Below are positions 51,758 to 60,470 of a DNA stretch of 64,000 nucleotides, piece after piece. Each line of letters begins with the position of its first letter. Position 1 is the stretch's first letter. The DNA lies in assembly GCA_963825525.1 (NCBI GenBank), contig CAWGTN010000002.1, positions 1,152,001 to 1,216,000 on the forward strand. The letters run 5' to 3'. The stretch comes from an uncultured Chloroflexia bacterium (GTDB lineage: Bacteria; Chloroflexota; Limnocylindria; QHBO01). The notes under the pieces were generated by a model. It had not been told where the DNA came from and searched no databases. It saw nothing but the letters and a program-made list of their open reading frames with translations. Position numbers and translations under genes: made by a program.

Positions 51758-53389
51758 TCAGCCGCCGGAGCCGTTCATCCACAGCCACTCGCGCAGGGTG
51801 AGACCCGAGTCACGCACCTGGGCGGCTGCCGCGCGGCCGATGTATCGGTAGTGCCAGGGCTCGTAGTCGTAGCAGACCTTGGCAAAGCTGTTCCGCGGAT
51901 AGCTGAGGACGAAGCCGTACCGCCACCCGTTGGCGGCCATCCATGATCCGGCCGGGGTCGCGGCCCAGTCGGCGTACTCCCACGGCGGTCGGCCTCCCTG
52001 GCTGGTGAAATCGAAGGTCGTACCAAGCTGATGCTCCGAGTGGCCGGGGCGTGCAGAGGTTCGCAGCGCCTGCTCATATCCACCGACTGCGACCCAGTGG
52101 TCGAACGTCGCCTTCTGGGTGGTGTAGCTCCGATACGCGCTCGAGAGCTGGATCGGCCGTCCCGCCGTCCGCGCCGCCGCGGCCATGGCCCGGAGGTCTG
52201 CGGCGACATGGGCTCGCAGCGCGTACCCGCCGTTGAGGCCCGCCGTGCCGCTGTCGACGAGGTCTCCGGGCGCGTACGAGGACGGGACCATGAGGATCGT
52301 GTCGACCAGCGTGCGATGCCAGTCTCCGTATCCGACCAGCGGCGTGAGCTGGTCCTGGTACGCGCAGGTCGGGAGAGGTCGCAGGTCACCCAGCGCGACG
52401 CGCAGGTCGAAGCGCACGCGGTCGGTGATGACGTGCGGACCACCGAGCAGCGTCAGGCCCGACGGCGCGAGCCGGATGGCCTCGGTCCGGACGGCCGACG
52501 GAACCGACGTGCGGGGCACGAGGAGCAGCGCGCCCCCCGATCGGGCAGCGGCCGGCACGGCGACCAGAGCATCAGGGAACGCGGTCCCCGTCGCCACGAA
52601 CAGGACCGACGCTGACGGGATCGTGGCCCGGCTGATTGCGGCAGCGGTCTCGTAGCGGTCGGCGCCATGCAGGCGGCCGACGCCGCCTGGCGGAGCAAGG
52701 GCCTGGAGCCGGGCCCGGACAGCCTCGCTCACCACTGCCGGGCCGCCGAGGATCACGATGCGGTTCGGCGCCAGCCTGCGGAGCTCTGCCTCGGTGGCGG
52801 CGGGCAGCGCGTCGCGCTTCGTGAGGAGAACGGGCGCGCCAGCGCGCGCGGCTGCGACGCCCCCGACCAGCGCATCCGGGAAAGCGGAGCCGGTCGCGAC
52901 ATACGCGACAGAACCGCCGGGAGCGTACGTCGCCGCGCTCACCGCGGCAGCGGTCGCATAGCGATCCGCGCCCCCGATTCGGTGCACGCCGCCGCCCGTG
53001 TCATAGGCGTCGAGCGCGGTGGCAACGCCAGTGCTGACCACGTTGGAGCCCCCCAGGATCACGATCTTGCCGGGGCGAAGCCGGTTGAGCTCGGCAGCGA
53101 TCGGAGATGGGATTGACGAGCGGGTGACCAGCAGGATGGGGCCGCCGGCCTGGGCCGCAGCCGGCCCTCCGGACAGTGCGTCGGGGAAGTCGGCTCCGGT
53201 GGCGATGTACACCGCGGGCACTCCGGCCGGGAAGTGCGCCGCGCTGACCGCCGCAGCGGTGGCGAAGCGGTCCGCTCCGGCGAAGCGCTGGACCGCCATG
53301 GCGGCATCGACGTGGTCGGGTGCTTGGGCGAACAGCGCGCCGAGCGAGATGGCGAGAGCGGCGGCCAGCCGCGGAAGTCTGAAACGCAT
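51758..53389 (-). CDS. Secreted 3x cell-wall-binding-2 repeat protein with VanY/M15B D,D-carboxypeptidase
   Basis: Signal peptide; three G.DR[FY].TA..S / ATG..FPDAL repeats; SAYRSY..Q, SARPGHSEHQLG..D, EPWHYRY. Confidence 0.9.
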   Translation of the reverse strand: MRFRLPRLAAALAISLGALFAQAPDHVDAAMAVQRFAGADRFATAAAVSAAHFPAGVPAVYIATGADFPDALSGGPAAAQAGGPILLVTRSSIPSPIAAELNRLRPGKIVILGGSNVVSTGVATALDAYDTGGGVHRIGGADRYATAAAVSAATYAPGGSVAYVATGSAFPDALVGGVAAARAGAPVLLTKRDALPAATEAELRRLAPNRIVILGGPAVVSEAVRARLQALAPPGGVGRLHGADRYETAAAISRATIPSASVLFVATGTAFPDALVAVPAAARSGGALLLVPRTSVPSAVRTEAIRLAPSGLTLLGGPHVITDRVRFDLRVALGDLRPLPTCAYQDQLTPLVGYGDWHRTLVDTILMVPSSYAPGDLVDSGTAGLNGGYALRAHVAADLRAMAAAARTAGRPIQLSSAYRSYTTQKATFDHWVAVGGYEQALRTSARPGHSEHQLGTTFDFTSQGGRPPWEYADWAATPAGSWMAANGWRYGFVLSYPRNSFAKVCYDYEPWHYRYIGRAAAAQVRDSGLTLREWLWMNGSGG

Positions 53390-53610
53390 GGTCGGGACAA
53401 GTTCCTGCAATCGGGAGTCCCATTGTTGCAAGCCTGGCGGCCGGGAGCACCGGACGAATGTCCCGTCGCAGGTGGGGACGTCCGGCAGTCAGGCGTCCGT
53501 CAAGCGTCCGTCATGGCATGACCGGGTACAGGTGCCATGGGCCTGGCACCCGATCAGCGCGTGGTCTCGGGCGCCCTGCACGAGTACCCGCTGGGGGCGA
53601 GGCATGCCGA

Positions 53611-53636
53611 ACGGCGCCGCGCGAGCGCGGCGCCGT
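53611..53636 (-). terminator. GC-rich hairpin after the zinc-ribbon gene
   Basis: ACGGCGCCGCG-CGAG-CGCGGCGCCGT, perfect 11-bp stem. Confidence 0.6.
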
Positions 53637-53653
53637 CCCTGGCTTCTGGAGGC

Positions 53654-53965
53654 TCAGGCGCGGGCACGCACCTTGTCGAAGCAGTTCGAGCAGTAGACCG
53701 GACGGTCGTTGCGCGGGAGGAATGGCACCAGGGCCTGTCCGCCACACTCGGCGCAGACCGCGGCATGCATCTCGCGCTGACCGCCGTCCCCGTTGCCTCC
53801 CCCTCCGATCCCCAGGGCTCGATTCTGCTTTGCGATGGCTCGGCAGCTCTGGCAGCGCTGGGGCTCGTTGACCAGCCCCTTGCTTGCGTAGAACTCCTGC
53901 TCGCCCGCTGAAAACACGAAGTCCATCCCGCAGTCTCGACAGCGGATGGTCTTGTCGGCGTACAC
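53654..53965 (-). CDS. Zinc-ribbon / CxxC-x17-CxxC domain protein
   Basis: DKTIRCRDCG..F.FSAGEQEFY, CQSC, CAECG..VPF.P...RPVYCSNCF; GGAGAGG SD then GTG. Confidence 0.9.
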   Translation of the reverse strand: MYADKTIRCRDCGMDFVFSAGEQEFYASKGLVNEPQRCQSCRAIAKQNRALGIGGGGNGDGGQREMHAAVCAECGGQALVPFLPRNDRPVYCSNCFDKVRARA

Positions 53966-54164
53966 CCTCTCCAGTGCCTCCTGTCTCGCACGCTCGGCCA
54001 TGCTTGGACGGTCGCGGTCTGCGGGAGAGAGCTGGATCTGCAGAGAAACGGCGCGGATCGGAGCGAACTCGGGTCAGACGTTGAAAAGGCCGGTCGTTAC
54101 AGCGCCCGAGTGTACACCCCGATTTCAAGCCGATACGAAGCGATCGCTCGCCGAGCGTCCGAGC

Positions 54165-55511
54165 TCAGTATGCAGCGATTTCCTCGCGCGCGGCGACGGT
54201 GTAGAAGCGCGTGTTTGCCTTTCGGAACTGGAGCGGCACTTCGCCGATCGGGCCGTTGCGGTGCTTCGCGACCTTCGCCTTGATGAGCTCGACCTCGGCT
54301 TCTGGATTCTGCTCCCCGTCGCGGTACAGGAAGATGACGACGTCGGCGTCCTGTTCGATGCTGCCGGACTCTCGAAGGTCGCTGAGGCGGGGCTCCGCCG
54401 TTCCACGCTGCTCGACCCCTCGCGACAGCTGCGACAGAGCAACGACTGGGACCTTCAGCTCACGCGCGAGCTGCTTGAGTCCTCGGCTGATCTCCGACAC
54501 CTCCTGCACCCGGTTCGCGTCCTTGCTCGGCGACGAGGCCTGCATGAGCTGGAGATAGTCGACGATGACCAGGTCGAGGCCGCGCTGCTCAGCCTCGAGC
54601 CGGCGGGCCTTGGTGCGCAGCTCCATGACCGAGAGCGCCGGGGAGTCGTCGATCCACATCGGCGCTGTGGCCATGTCGTTCATGACGGTCGCGATCTTGG
54701 TCCAGTCGGTCTCGTCCACGAATCCGGTCTGAAGCGGACGCGGGTTGATCCCGCTCTCGGCCGAGAGCAGGCGCAGTGCGAGCTGTTCCTTGCTCATCTC
54801 CAGGCTGAAGACCGCCACCTTCTTGGCCTCCCGCACGGCAGCGTGCTGGGCCAGGTTCAGCGCGAGCGATGTCTTTCCCACCGATGGACGGGCCGCCAGG
54901 ATGATGAGGTCCGAGGGCTGGAATCCGCCGAGCAGCGCATCCAGCTGGGAGAGCCCGGTCGGAACCCCGAGGATCTGGCCTCGATGCTCATGGAGATACT
55001 CGAGGCGGTCATAGGCCTGCCCCAGCAGGATCGACAGCGACTCGAATCCGCCGTCCGTCCGCCGCTGGCTGATCTCGAACAGGATCGACTCCGCGCGATC
55101 GATGGCCACTTCGGCATCATTCGCCTCCTCGTACCCGACCGCGGCAATCTTTCCGGCGGCGCCGATCAGGTTGCGGAGCACGGCCTTGCGCTCGACGATG
55201 CGTCCGTAGTGCTCGGCGTGAACCGCGGTCGGCACGGCGTTCATGAGCGAGGTCAGGTACGCCGGACCGCCGACGGCATCGAGCCGATCACGGCGTCGGA
55301 GCTCATCGCCAAGGGTCACGAGGTCGATCGGCTCGCGCTGGCCGTGGAGGGCGAGCATGGCTTCGTAGATGTCGCGGTGCTGGGCTCGGTAGAAGTCAGC
55401 GGGCTTCAGGAAGTCGCCGACCCTGAGAACGGCGTCCGCGTCGATGAGAATCGAGCCGAGCACGCTCTGCTCAGCCTCGACGGCCTGCGGTGCCAGCTTG
55501 TCGATGCTCAC
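54165..55511 (-). CDS. dnaB: Replicative DNA helicase
   Basis: PQAVEAEQSVLG, AARPSVGKT, FSLEM, VDYLQL, LSQLSR, SDLRESGSIEQDAD, KHRNGP; no intein. Confidence 0.97.
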   Translation of the reverse strand: MSIDKLAPQAVEAEQSVLGSILIDADAVLRVGDFLKPADFYRAQHRDIYEAMLALHGQREPIDLVTLGDELRRRDRLDAVGGPAYLTSLMNAVPTAVHAEHYGRIVERKAVLRNLIGAAGKIAAVGYEEANDAEVAIDRAESILFEISQRRTDGGFESLSILLGQAYDRLEYLHEHRGQILGVPTGLSQLDALLGGFQPSDLIILAARPSVGKTSLALNLAQHAAVREAKKVAVFSLEMSKEQLALRLLSAESGINPRPLQTGFVDETDWTKIATVMNDMATAPMWIDDSPALSVMELRTKARRLEAEQRGLDLVIVDYLQLMQASSPSKDANRVQEVSEISRGLKQLARELKVPVVALSQLSRGVEQRGTAEPRLSDLRESGSIEQDADVVIFLYRDGEQNPEAEVELIKAKVAKHRNGPIGEVPLQFRKANTRFYTVAAREEIAAY

Positions 55512-55731
55512 GAATGGATCACGGGCAAAGCGCGGCGAACTCCTGTCTCCGGGTGGCGGCAAGCGCCCTCTCGTCTGGGCAGTGGACTGCGTCCACGGCC
55601 AAACGGGCGCAGGATCATCGTCGCAGGAGCATCAAGGGGCTTTTGCACGGCGGGGCTTGTCACGAGCCAATGCTCGTGGATATCAGCCGGTACGCTGTGG
55701 AAAACGGCAGTGTTGCGAGCACGATCCCCGT

Positions 55732-55752
55732 ACTATAGAACATGGGTTCTAT
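55732..55752 (-). promoter_or_regulatory. LexA (SOS) box next to a -10 element upstream of dnaB
   Basis: ATAGAAC-ATGG-GTTCTAT palindrome; TATAGT on the minus strand at 55737-55732. Confidence 0.7.
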
Positions 55753-55808
55753 TCCGGCACCTGTGCCCGGATGGTCGCGTCGTTCGTCCCGGTTCGACTG
55801 CGTGTTGA

Positions 55809-56225
55809 TCAGCCTGCGAATGGGGCCGGGTCCGGAGGCTCACTCCCACCGGGGCGATGGTTCCAGGTGTCCCATTGCTCGACGACGAGTCCGGCGGCGT
55901 CGAACCGCAGCACCGAGGTGCCGGCGAGCGTGGCCTCCTGGCCGTCGTCTACCAGGCTCGCCCACCACGACACCGACGCCCGATCCCCCTGCACGATCGG
56001 TTCGCTCATCCAGACCCGCGGCTCCCGTTCCTCGGCAAACACTCGGCGCGTGTATTCGCGAATGCCAGCGAGTCCGTGGCAGGGCTCGCGGAATGGCTGG
56101 GTGGAGACGATCGCGTCCTCGGAGTAGCGGGCGATGATCGCCTCGGCGTCGAGCGCTTCCCATCCGTCCTTCCACGCAACGGCCCAACGTCGAGCCGCGT
56201 CGGTCGGACTCACGGGTCTCGCCAT
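55809..56225 (-). CDS. SnoaL/NTF2-like protein
   Basis: W..AWKDGW..LDAEAI..YSEDA, PFREP..G..GIREY, LRFD..GLVVEQWDTW. Confidence 0.82.
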   Translation of the reverse strand: MARPVSPTDAARRWAVAWKDGWEALDAEAIIARYSEDAIVSTQPFREPCHGLAGIREYTRRVFAEEREPRVWMSEPIVQGDRASVSWWASLVDDGQEATLAGTSVLRFDAAGLVVEQWDTWNHRPGGSEPPDPAPFAG

Positions 56226-56229
56226 CGGT

Positions 56230-56679
56230 TCAGGACTCGGCCGCCACCACGCTGACGCTGACGACCGTCTCGACACCGGGCATGAGCTTGACGTCGATCC
56301 TGTAGTCGCCGAGCGCCTTGATCGGCTCGCGAAGATGAACGGCGTGCCGGTCGAGCTCGATACCCTCGCGGTTGATGAGCTCGCTGATCTGGTGGCCCGT
56401 CACGGCGCCGAACAACCGGCCCCGCTCTCCGGCCTTGACGGGAACCACGAGCTTCAGCTCGCCGAGCTTGGCGGCGATGGCATCGGCCTCGGCGCGGACG
56501 GCTCGGTCGCGCTCCTCGCGCTGTTCGCGATGACGCTCCCAGTTTGCGACCGCTCCCTTATCGGCCACGACGGCCGCGGTCGTCGGCAGCAGGAAGTTTC
56601 GGGCGTACCCGTCCTTGACGTCCTTGAGATCTCCCTCGCGTCCGAGGCCTTTGACATCTCGCTTGAGAATGACCTTCAT
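56230..56679 (-). CDS. rplI: 50S ribosomal protein L9
   Basis: MKVILKRDVKGLG..GD..VKDGYARNFLLP, GRLFGAVT, EPIKALG. Confidence 0.97.
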   Translation of the reverse strand: MKVILKRDVKGLGREGDLKDVKDGYARNFLLPTTAAVVADKGAVANWERHREQREERDRAVRAEADAIAAKLGELKLVVPVKAGERGRLFGAVTGHQISELINREGIELDRHAVHLREPIKALGDYRIDVKLMPGVETVVSVSVVAAES

Positions 56680-57167
56680 TCGAGCTCCTTCGGGGGTGTG
56701 GTGGTGAGTGACCGCCTGCGACGCCAGGCCGCCAGGGTGCGCTTCACTTCGTCGGGGTCGCGCATGCGGCCGTAGCGATCGATGAGGTCCGGGAGGTCGT
56801 CGCGGATCCGATCGAACCGAGCGCCCATCAGGTTGCGAAGGCGGGCGAGGTCGCGATCAAGATCCGCCGTGCCGCTCCGGGCGCGAGCCGCATGCTCGGC
56901 CCGAACGTCTGCCGGGGAGTTCTGAATGAACAGGTCCAGCACCAGCAGCAGCACGGTCAGGTCATCGGCCTGCCCCAGGATCGGAATCACGTCCGGGATG
57001 AGGTCCACCGGCATGACGACGTAGGCGAGGGCGGCCAGGAGCATGCCCTTGAGGCCGATGGGGGTACGCGGATCGCGCACCAGGCCCCACACCATGCGGG
57101 CATAGGTCGGAAGCTTCACGACGAGGCGCGCCATGCGCAGATAGCGCGACGACGAGGACAGGTTCAC
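56676..57167 (-). CDS. YkvA/DUF1232 family protein
   Basis: RDPRTP..K, LAYVVMPVDLIPDVIPILGQADD. Confidence 0.9.
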   Translation of the reverse strand: MNLSSSSRYLRMARLVVKLPTYARMVWGLVRDPRTPIGLKGMLLAALAYVVMPVDLIPDVIPILGQADDLTVLLLVLDLFIQNSPADVRAEHAARARSGTADLDRDLARLRNLMGARFDRIRDDLPDLIDRYGRMRDPDEVKRTLAAWRRRRSLTTTPPKELE

Positions 57168-57230
57168 GCGGGAACTCCGGCGGTCTGAAATGGGGCGATC
57201 ATGATAGCAGGGCGGAAACGGTCGGCTGGT

Positions 57231-57260
57231 TTGACATTAGAACAGGCGTTCTGCTACCGT
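57231..57260 (+). promoter_or_regulatory. lexA promoter with SOS box
   Basis: TTGACA (57231), AGAAC-AGGC-GTTCT (57239-57252), TACCGT (57255). Confidence 0.85.
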
Positions 57261-57305
57261 CATCGGAGAACCGAGCGAATCTCACGTGGTTTCGGAGGAC
57301 GACAG

Positions 57306-57959
57306 ATGACCAGGCATGACGCCGAGCGACGTCAGCGCATCCTCGACTGCATCGCGCAGACCGTCGAGGAGCGTGGCTATCCGCCGTCCGTACGCGAAAT
57401 CGCCGATGCCGTCGGACTGGCGTCCACGAGCGCCGTTCACCACCACCTCCTCGCACTCGAACGAGATGGCCTCCTGGAGCGCGGCACGCACTCCTCGCGC
57501 GCGCTCCGCGTCATGAGCCCCAAGACCGCCCCCGCTGCACCCTCGAAGGTCACGCCGTTCCGGATGCCCGTCGAGCGAGAGACGTTGACCCTGCCCGTGA
57601 TGGGCGAGATCGCAGCCGGACAGCCGATCGAGGCCTACGCCGATGCGGCCGAAACCCTCGAGGTGCCCCGATCGCTCGAGGCTCGGGAGGACTCCTATGT
57701 CCTCCGTGTCCGTGGCAAGAGCATGATCGACGCACTGATCGACGATGGCGATTTCGTGATCGTCCAGCCCCAGGCAACCGCCCGAGACGGGGACATCGTG
57801 GTCGCCCTGCTCGAGGACAACGGCGTGACGCTGAAGCGCTACTTCCGCGAGAAGGACCGCATCCGCCTGCAGCCGGCCAACGCGGAGATGGAACCCATCT
57901 ACGCCACCGATGTCCAGATCCAGGGCAAGGTCGTCGGCGTCATCCGCCGCCTGACTTAG
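57306..57959 (+). CDS. lexA: SOS repressor LexA
   Basis: GYPPSVREI..VGLASTSAVHHHL, cleavage site IAAG.P, VRGKSM, TLKR. Confidence 0.97.
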   Translation: MTRHDAERRQRILDCIAQTVEERGYPPSVREIADAVGLASTSAVHHHLLALERDGLLERGTHSSRALRVMSPKTAPAAPSKVTPFRMPVERETLTLPVMGEIAAGQPIEAYADAAETLEVPRSLEAREDSYVLRVRGKSMIDALIDDGDFVIVQPQATARDGDIVVALLEDNGVTLKRYFREKDRIRLQPANAEMEPIYATDVQIQGKVVGVIRRLT

Positions 57960-57968
57960 CACACGCGC

Positions 57969-59155
57969 GTGGCGCGGATCACGCTGCCCGAGCTCAATCG
58001 CGCGACGCTCGCCCGCCAGGGCCTGCTCGAGCCGATCGGCGGATCGGCGCCCGCCACGGTCGTCCGCCAGCTCGGATCCCTCCAGGCACAGCATCCGGAG
58101 TGGCCGCCCGTCGCGCTCGCTACCCGTGCGACCGACGCCGCGACGGCGGATCTGAGTGCCGCGCTGGAGCAGAGGAGCGTCGTCCGCAGCTCGCTCATGC
58201 GAATCACCATTCACGTCGTGTCAGCCAGCGACTACTGGCCGATGTTCGTCGCGTGCCAACCGCTGCGCCTCAACCAGTGGCGGCTCCTGCTCAAGGCCGA
58301 TCCGGTCGACTCTCCGCTCGGGCGGCGCATGGTCGCTGCCCACGCCACCGCGATCGCGGCCCTTCGGGAGTCGCCGCGCTCGTCGCTGGAGCTGGATCGC
58401 CTCATCGCGGCGGAAGTCGGGCCCGACGCAACGTCGATGTCCCGGCCGGCCTGGCGGCAGCCCGGATCGCAGATCGTGGTCCGAGCCGCGTGGCGTCACT
58501 TCGCCGCGTTCGTACCCCTGGTCCATGTGCCGCACTCGGGTGAGGGCTACGGCAGATCCCGATACGCGTTGGCTCGCGAATGGCTGGGACCCGGAGCCGG
58601 AACCCTCGATCGAGGATGCGCGGGTGGCGGTGGCGCGGCGCTACCTCGCCGCGTTCGGACCGGCAAGCCTGGAGGACCTGGTCGCCTACGTCGGACGCGG
58701 GCCGGGCGGCGTCGGCGTGTGGCGCACGGCACTCGAGGCTCTGGCCGACGAGACGGTCTCCTTCACCGATGAGACCGGCCGGATCGTCGATCGATATGGC
58801 CGATGCGCCACGTCCAGATCCGACGGTCGATGCTCCGCCGCGGCTTCTCGCCCGCTGGGACAGCCTCCTGTTGTCACATCACCCGAAACGACGCGATCGG
58901 GTTCTGGCCGAGCAGCACCGGGCGCTCGTCTTCTCCAGGAACGCGGACGTGCTCCCGACATTCCTGATCGGCGGGATGGTCGCGGGCACCTGGGCCCTGA
59001 ATGTCGACGCGGCCGAAAACGATGCGACGATCGAGCTTCGCCCGTTCGATCGCCTCGAACGCCGGGATCAGGAACGGCTTGTCGCGGAGGCGGAACGGGT
59101 GCTCTCGCTGCTCGCACCGCGCCACGCCGAGCGTTCCGTCAGCATCGCGACCTGA
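57969..59155 (+). CDS. AlkZ/HTH_42 family DNA glycosylase-like protein (two frameshifts, ~58588 and ~58790)
   Basis: LNRATLARQGLL, QxQ motif SLQAQ, LMRITIH; then RRYLAAFGPAS; then PRLLARWDSLLL..GMVAGTW. Confidence 0.82.
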
Positions 59156-59161
59156 CGAGCC

Positions 59162-60370
59162 ATGCGCACGATCCTGCACGCCGATCTCGATGCGTTCTAC
59201 GCGAGCGTCGAGCAGCTCGACGACCCTTCGCTCAGGGGCAAGCCGGTCATCGTTGGTGGACGGCCGGGAGATCGAGGAGTCGTCAGCGCGTCCTCGTACG
59301 AGGCGCGCGCCTTCGGGGTGTTCTCGGCGATGCCGCTCAGGACGGCCGCACGCCGATGCCCGCAGGGCGTGTTCCTCCCCGGCCGGCCGGACCGCTACCG
59401 CGAGCTGTCGAACCAGGTCATGGCGATCTTCGCCTCGTACACCCCGATGGTCGAACCGATCAGCCTGGACGAGGCGTTTCTCGACGTCTCGAACAGCGCG
59501 AAGGCATTCGGCGACGGCCCGACGATCGCCGCGCAGCTCAAGCGCCGCGTGCTCGACGAGGTGGGGCTCGTGGTGTCGGTCGGTGTGGCGACCAACAAGC
59601 TGTGCGCCAAGGTTGCATCCGACCTCCGCAAGCCGGATGCGCTCGTCATTGTCCAACCGGGCGACGAGGCGACGTTCCTTGCACCGCTCCCCATTCGCCG
59701 ACTGTGGGGCGTGGGGCCCCAGGCGCAGCAGGCGCTGGGCGACTATGGGGTGACCACCATCGGTCAGCTGGCCGCGCTCTCGCCCGCCACCCTCGAGCGT
59801 CGCTTCGGCAGCCATGGCTCCGACCTCTCGTCCCGCGCACGGGGCATTGATCGCAGCGCCGTCGCGCCGATGCAGGCGCCCAAGAGCATCGGCCATGAGC
59901 ATACGTTCGATGTCGACAATGCCGATCCCGGCCGCCTGGAAGCGACCCTGCTCGACCTCGCCGAATCCGTCGCGACCCGCCTGCGGCGCCACGACCTTGC
60001 TGCCCGTGCAGTGCAGTTGAAGCTGCGCTACGAGGGATTCGAGACGCTCACGCGGCAGGGGGCGCTCCCCTACGCGACGCGCGACAGCCGCCCGCTGTAC
60101 GAGACAGCGCTGGCACTCCTGCGTCGAACCCAGGCGCCGGGACGCGGCGTGCGACTCGTCGGATTGACGGCCATCTCCCTGACCGATGCCCAGCAGCTCA
60201 CACTGTTCGAAGCACCCGATCGCGAGGATCGGCTGTCCCGATCCATCGACGCGGTGCGCGAACGGTTCGGCGATGCAGCGATCACGCGAGCTCGACTGCT
60301 GACCGAGCGACCGCACCGCAGATTCGACTTCGGGGAACGGCCCAGGGTCGTCGCAGATGACGAAGAATGA
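59162..60370 (+). CDS. dinB: DNA polymerase IV
   Basis: ILHADLDAFYASVEQ, SYEAR.FGV.SAMP, SLDEAFLD, AKVASD..KP, clamp motif QLTLF. Confidence 0.96.
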   Translation: MRTILHADLDAFYASVEQLDDPSLRGKPVIVGGRPGDRGVVSASSYEARAFGVFSAMPLRTAARRCPQGVFLPGRPDRYRELSNQVMAIFASYTPMVEPISLDEAFLDVSNSAKAFGDGPTIAAQLKRRVLDEVGLVVSVGVATNKLCAKVASDLRKPDALVIVQPGDEATFLAPLPIRRLWGVGPQAQQALGDYGVTTIGQLAALSPATLERRFGSHGSDLSSRARGIDRSAVAPMQAPKSIGHEHTFDVDNADPGRLEATLLDLAESVATRLRRHDLAARAVQLKLRYEGFETLTRQGALPYATRDSRPLYETALALLRRTQAPGRGVRLVGLTAISLTDAQQLTLFEAPDREDRLSRSIDAVRERFGDAAITRARLLTERPHRRFDFGERPRVVADDEE

Positions 60371-60374
60371 GGGC

Positions 60375-60431
60375 TTGACGTATCGAACGGGTGTTCTGTA
60401 TGATCGCCTCCTGAATCGAACACCTGTTCGA
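60375..60431 (+). promoter_or_regulatory. Consensus-like promoter with two SOS boxes
   Basis: TTGACG (60375), CGAAC-GGGT-GTTCT (60384-60397), TATGAT (60399), TCGAAC-ACCT-GTTCGA (60416-60431). Confidence 0.85.
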
Positions 60432-60470
60432 GTGCCCGAGCAGGTAGATACCGTGAGGAGCATCCACACC

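Noticed and set aside
52640-53290. Repeated DNA segments inside the cell-wall protein gene
   Set aside because: They are the coding CWB2 repeats, not a CRISPR array or mobile repeat.
53390-53610. 220-bp intergenic region as a possible ncRNA or riboswitch
   Set aside because: No recognisable consensus; only short GC-rich pairings expected by chance.
47614-55808. Long antisense ORFs (e.g. 47614-49527, 50215-51801, 53946-55808, and similar ones elsewhere)
   Set aside because: Shadow frames of real genes, expected at high GC; no recognisable motifs.
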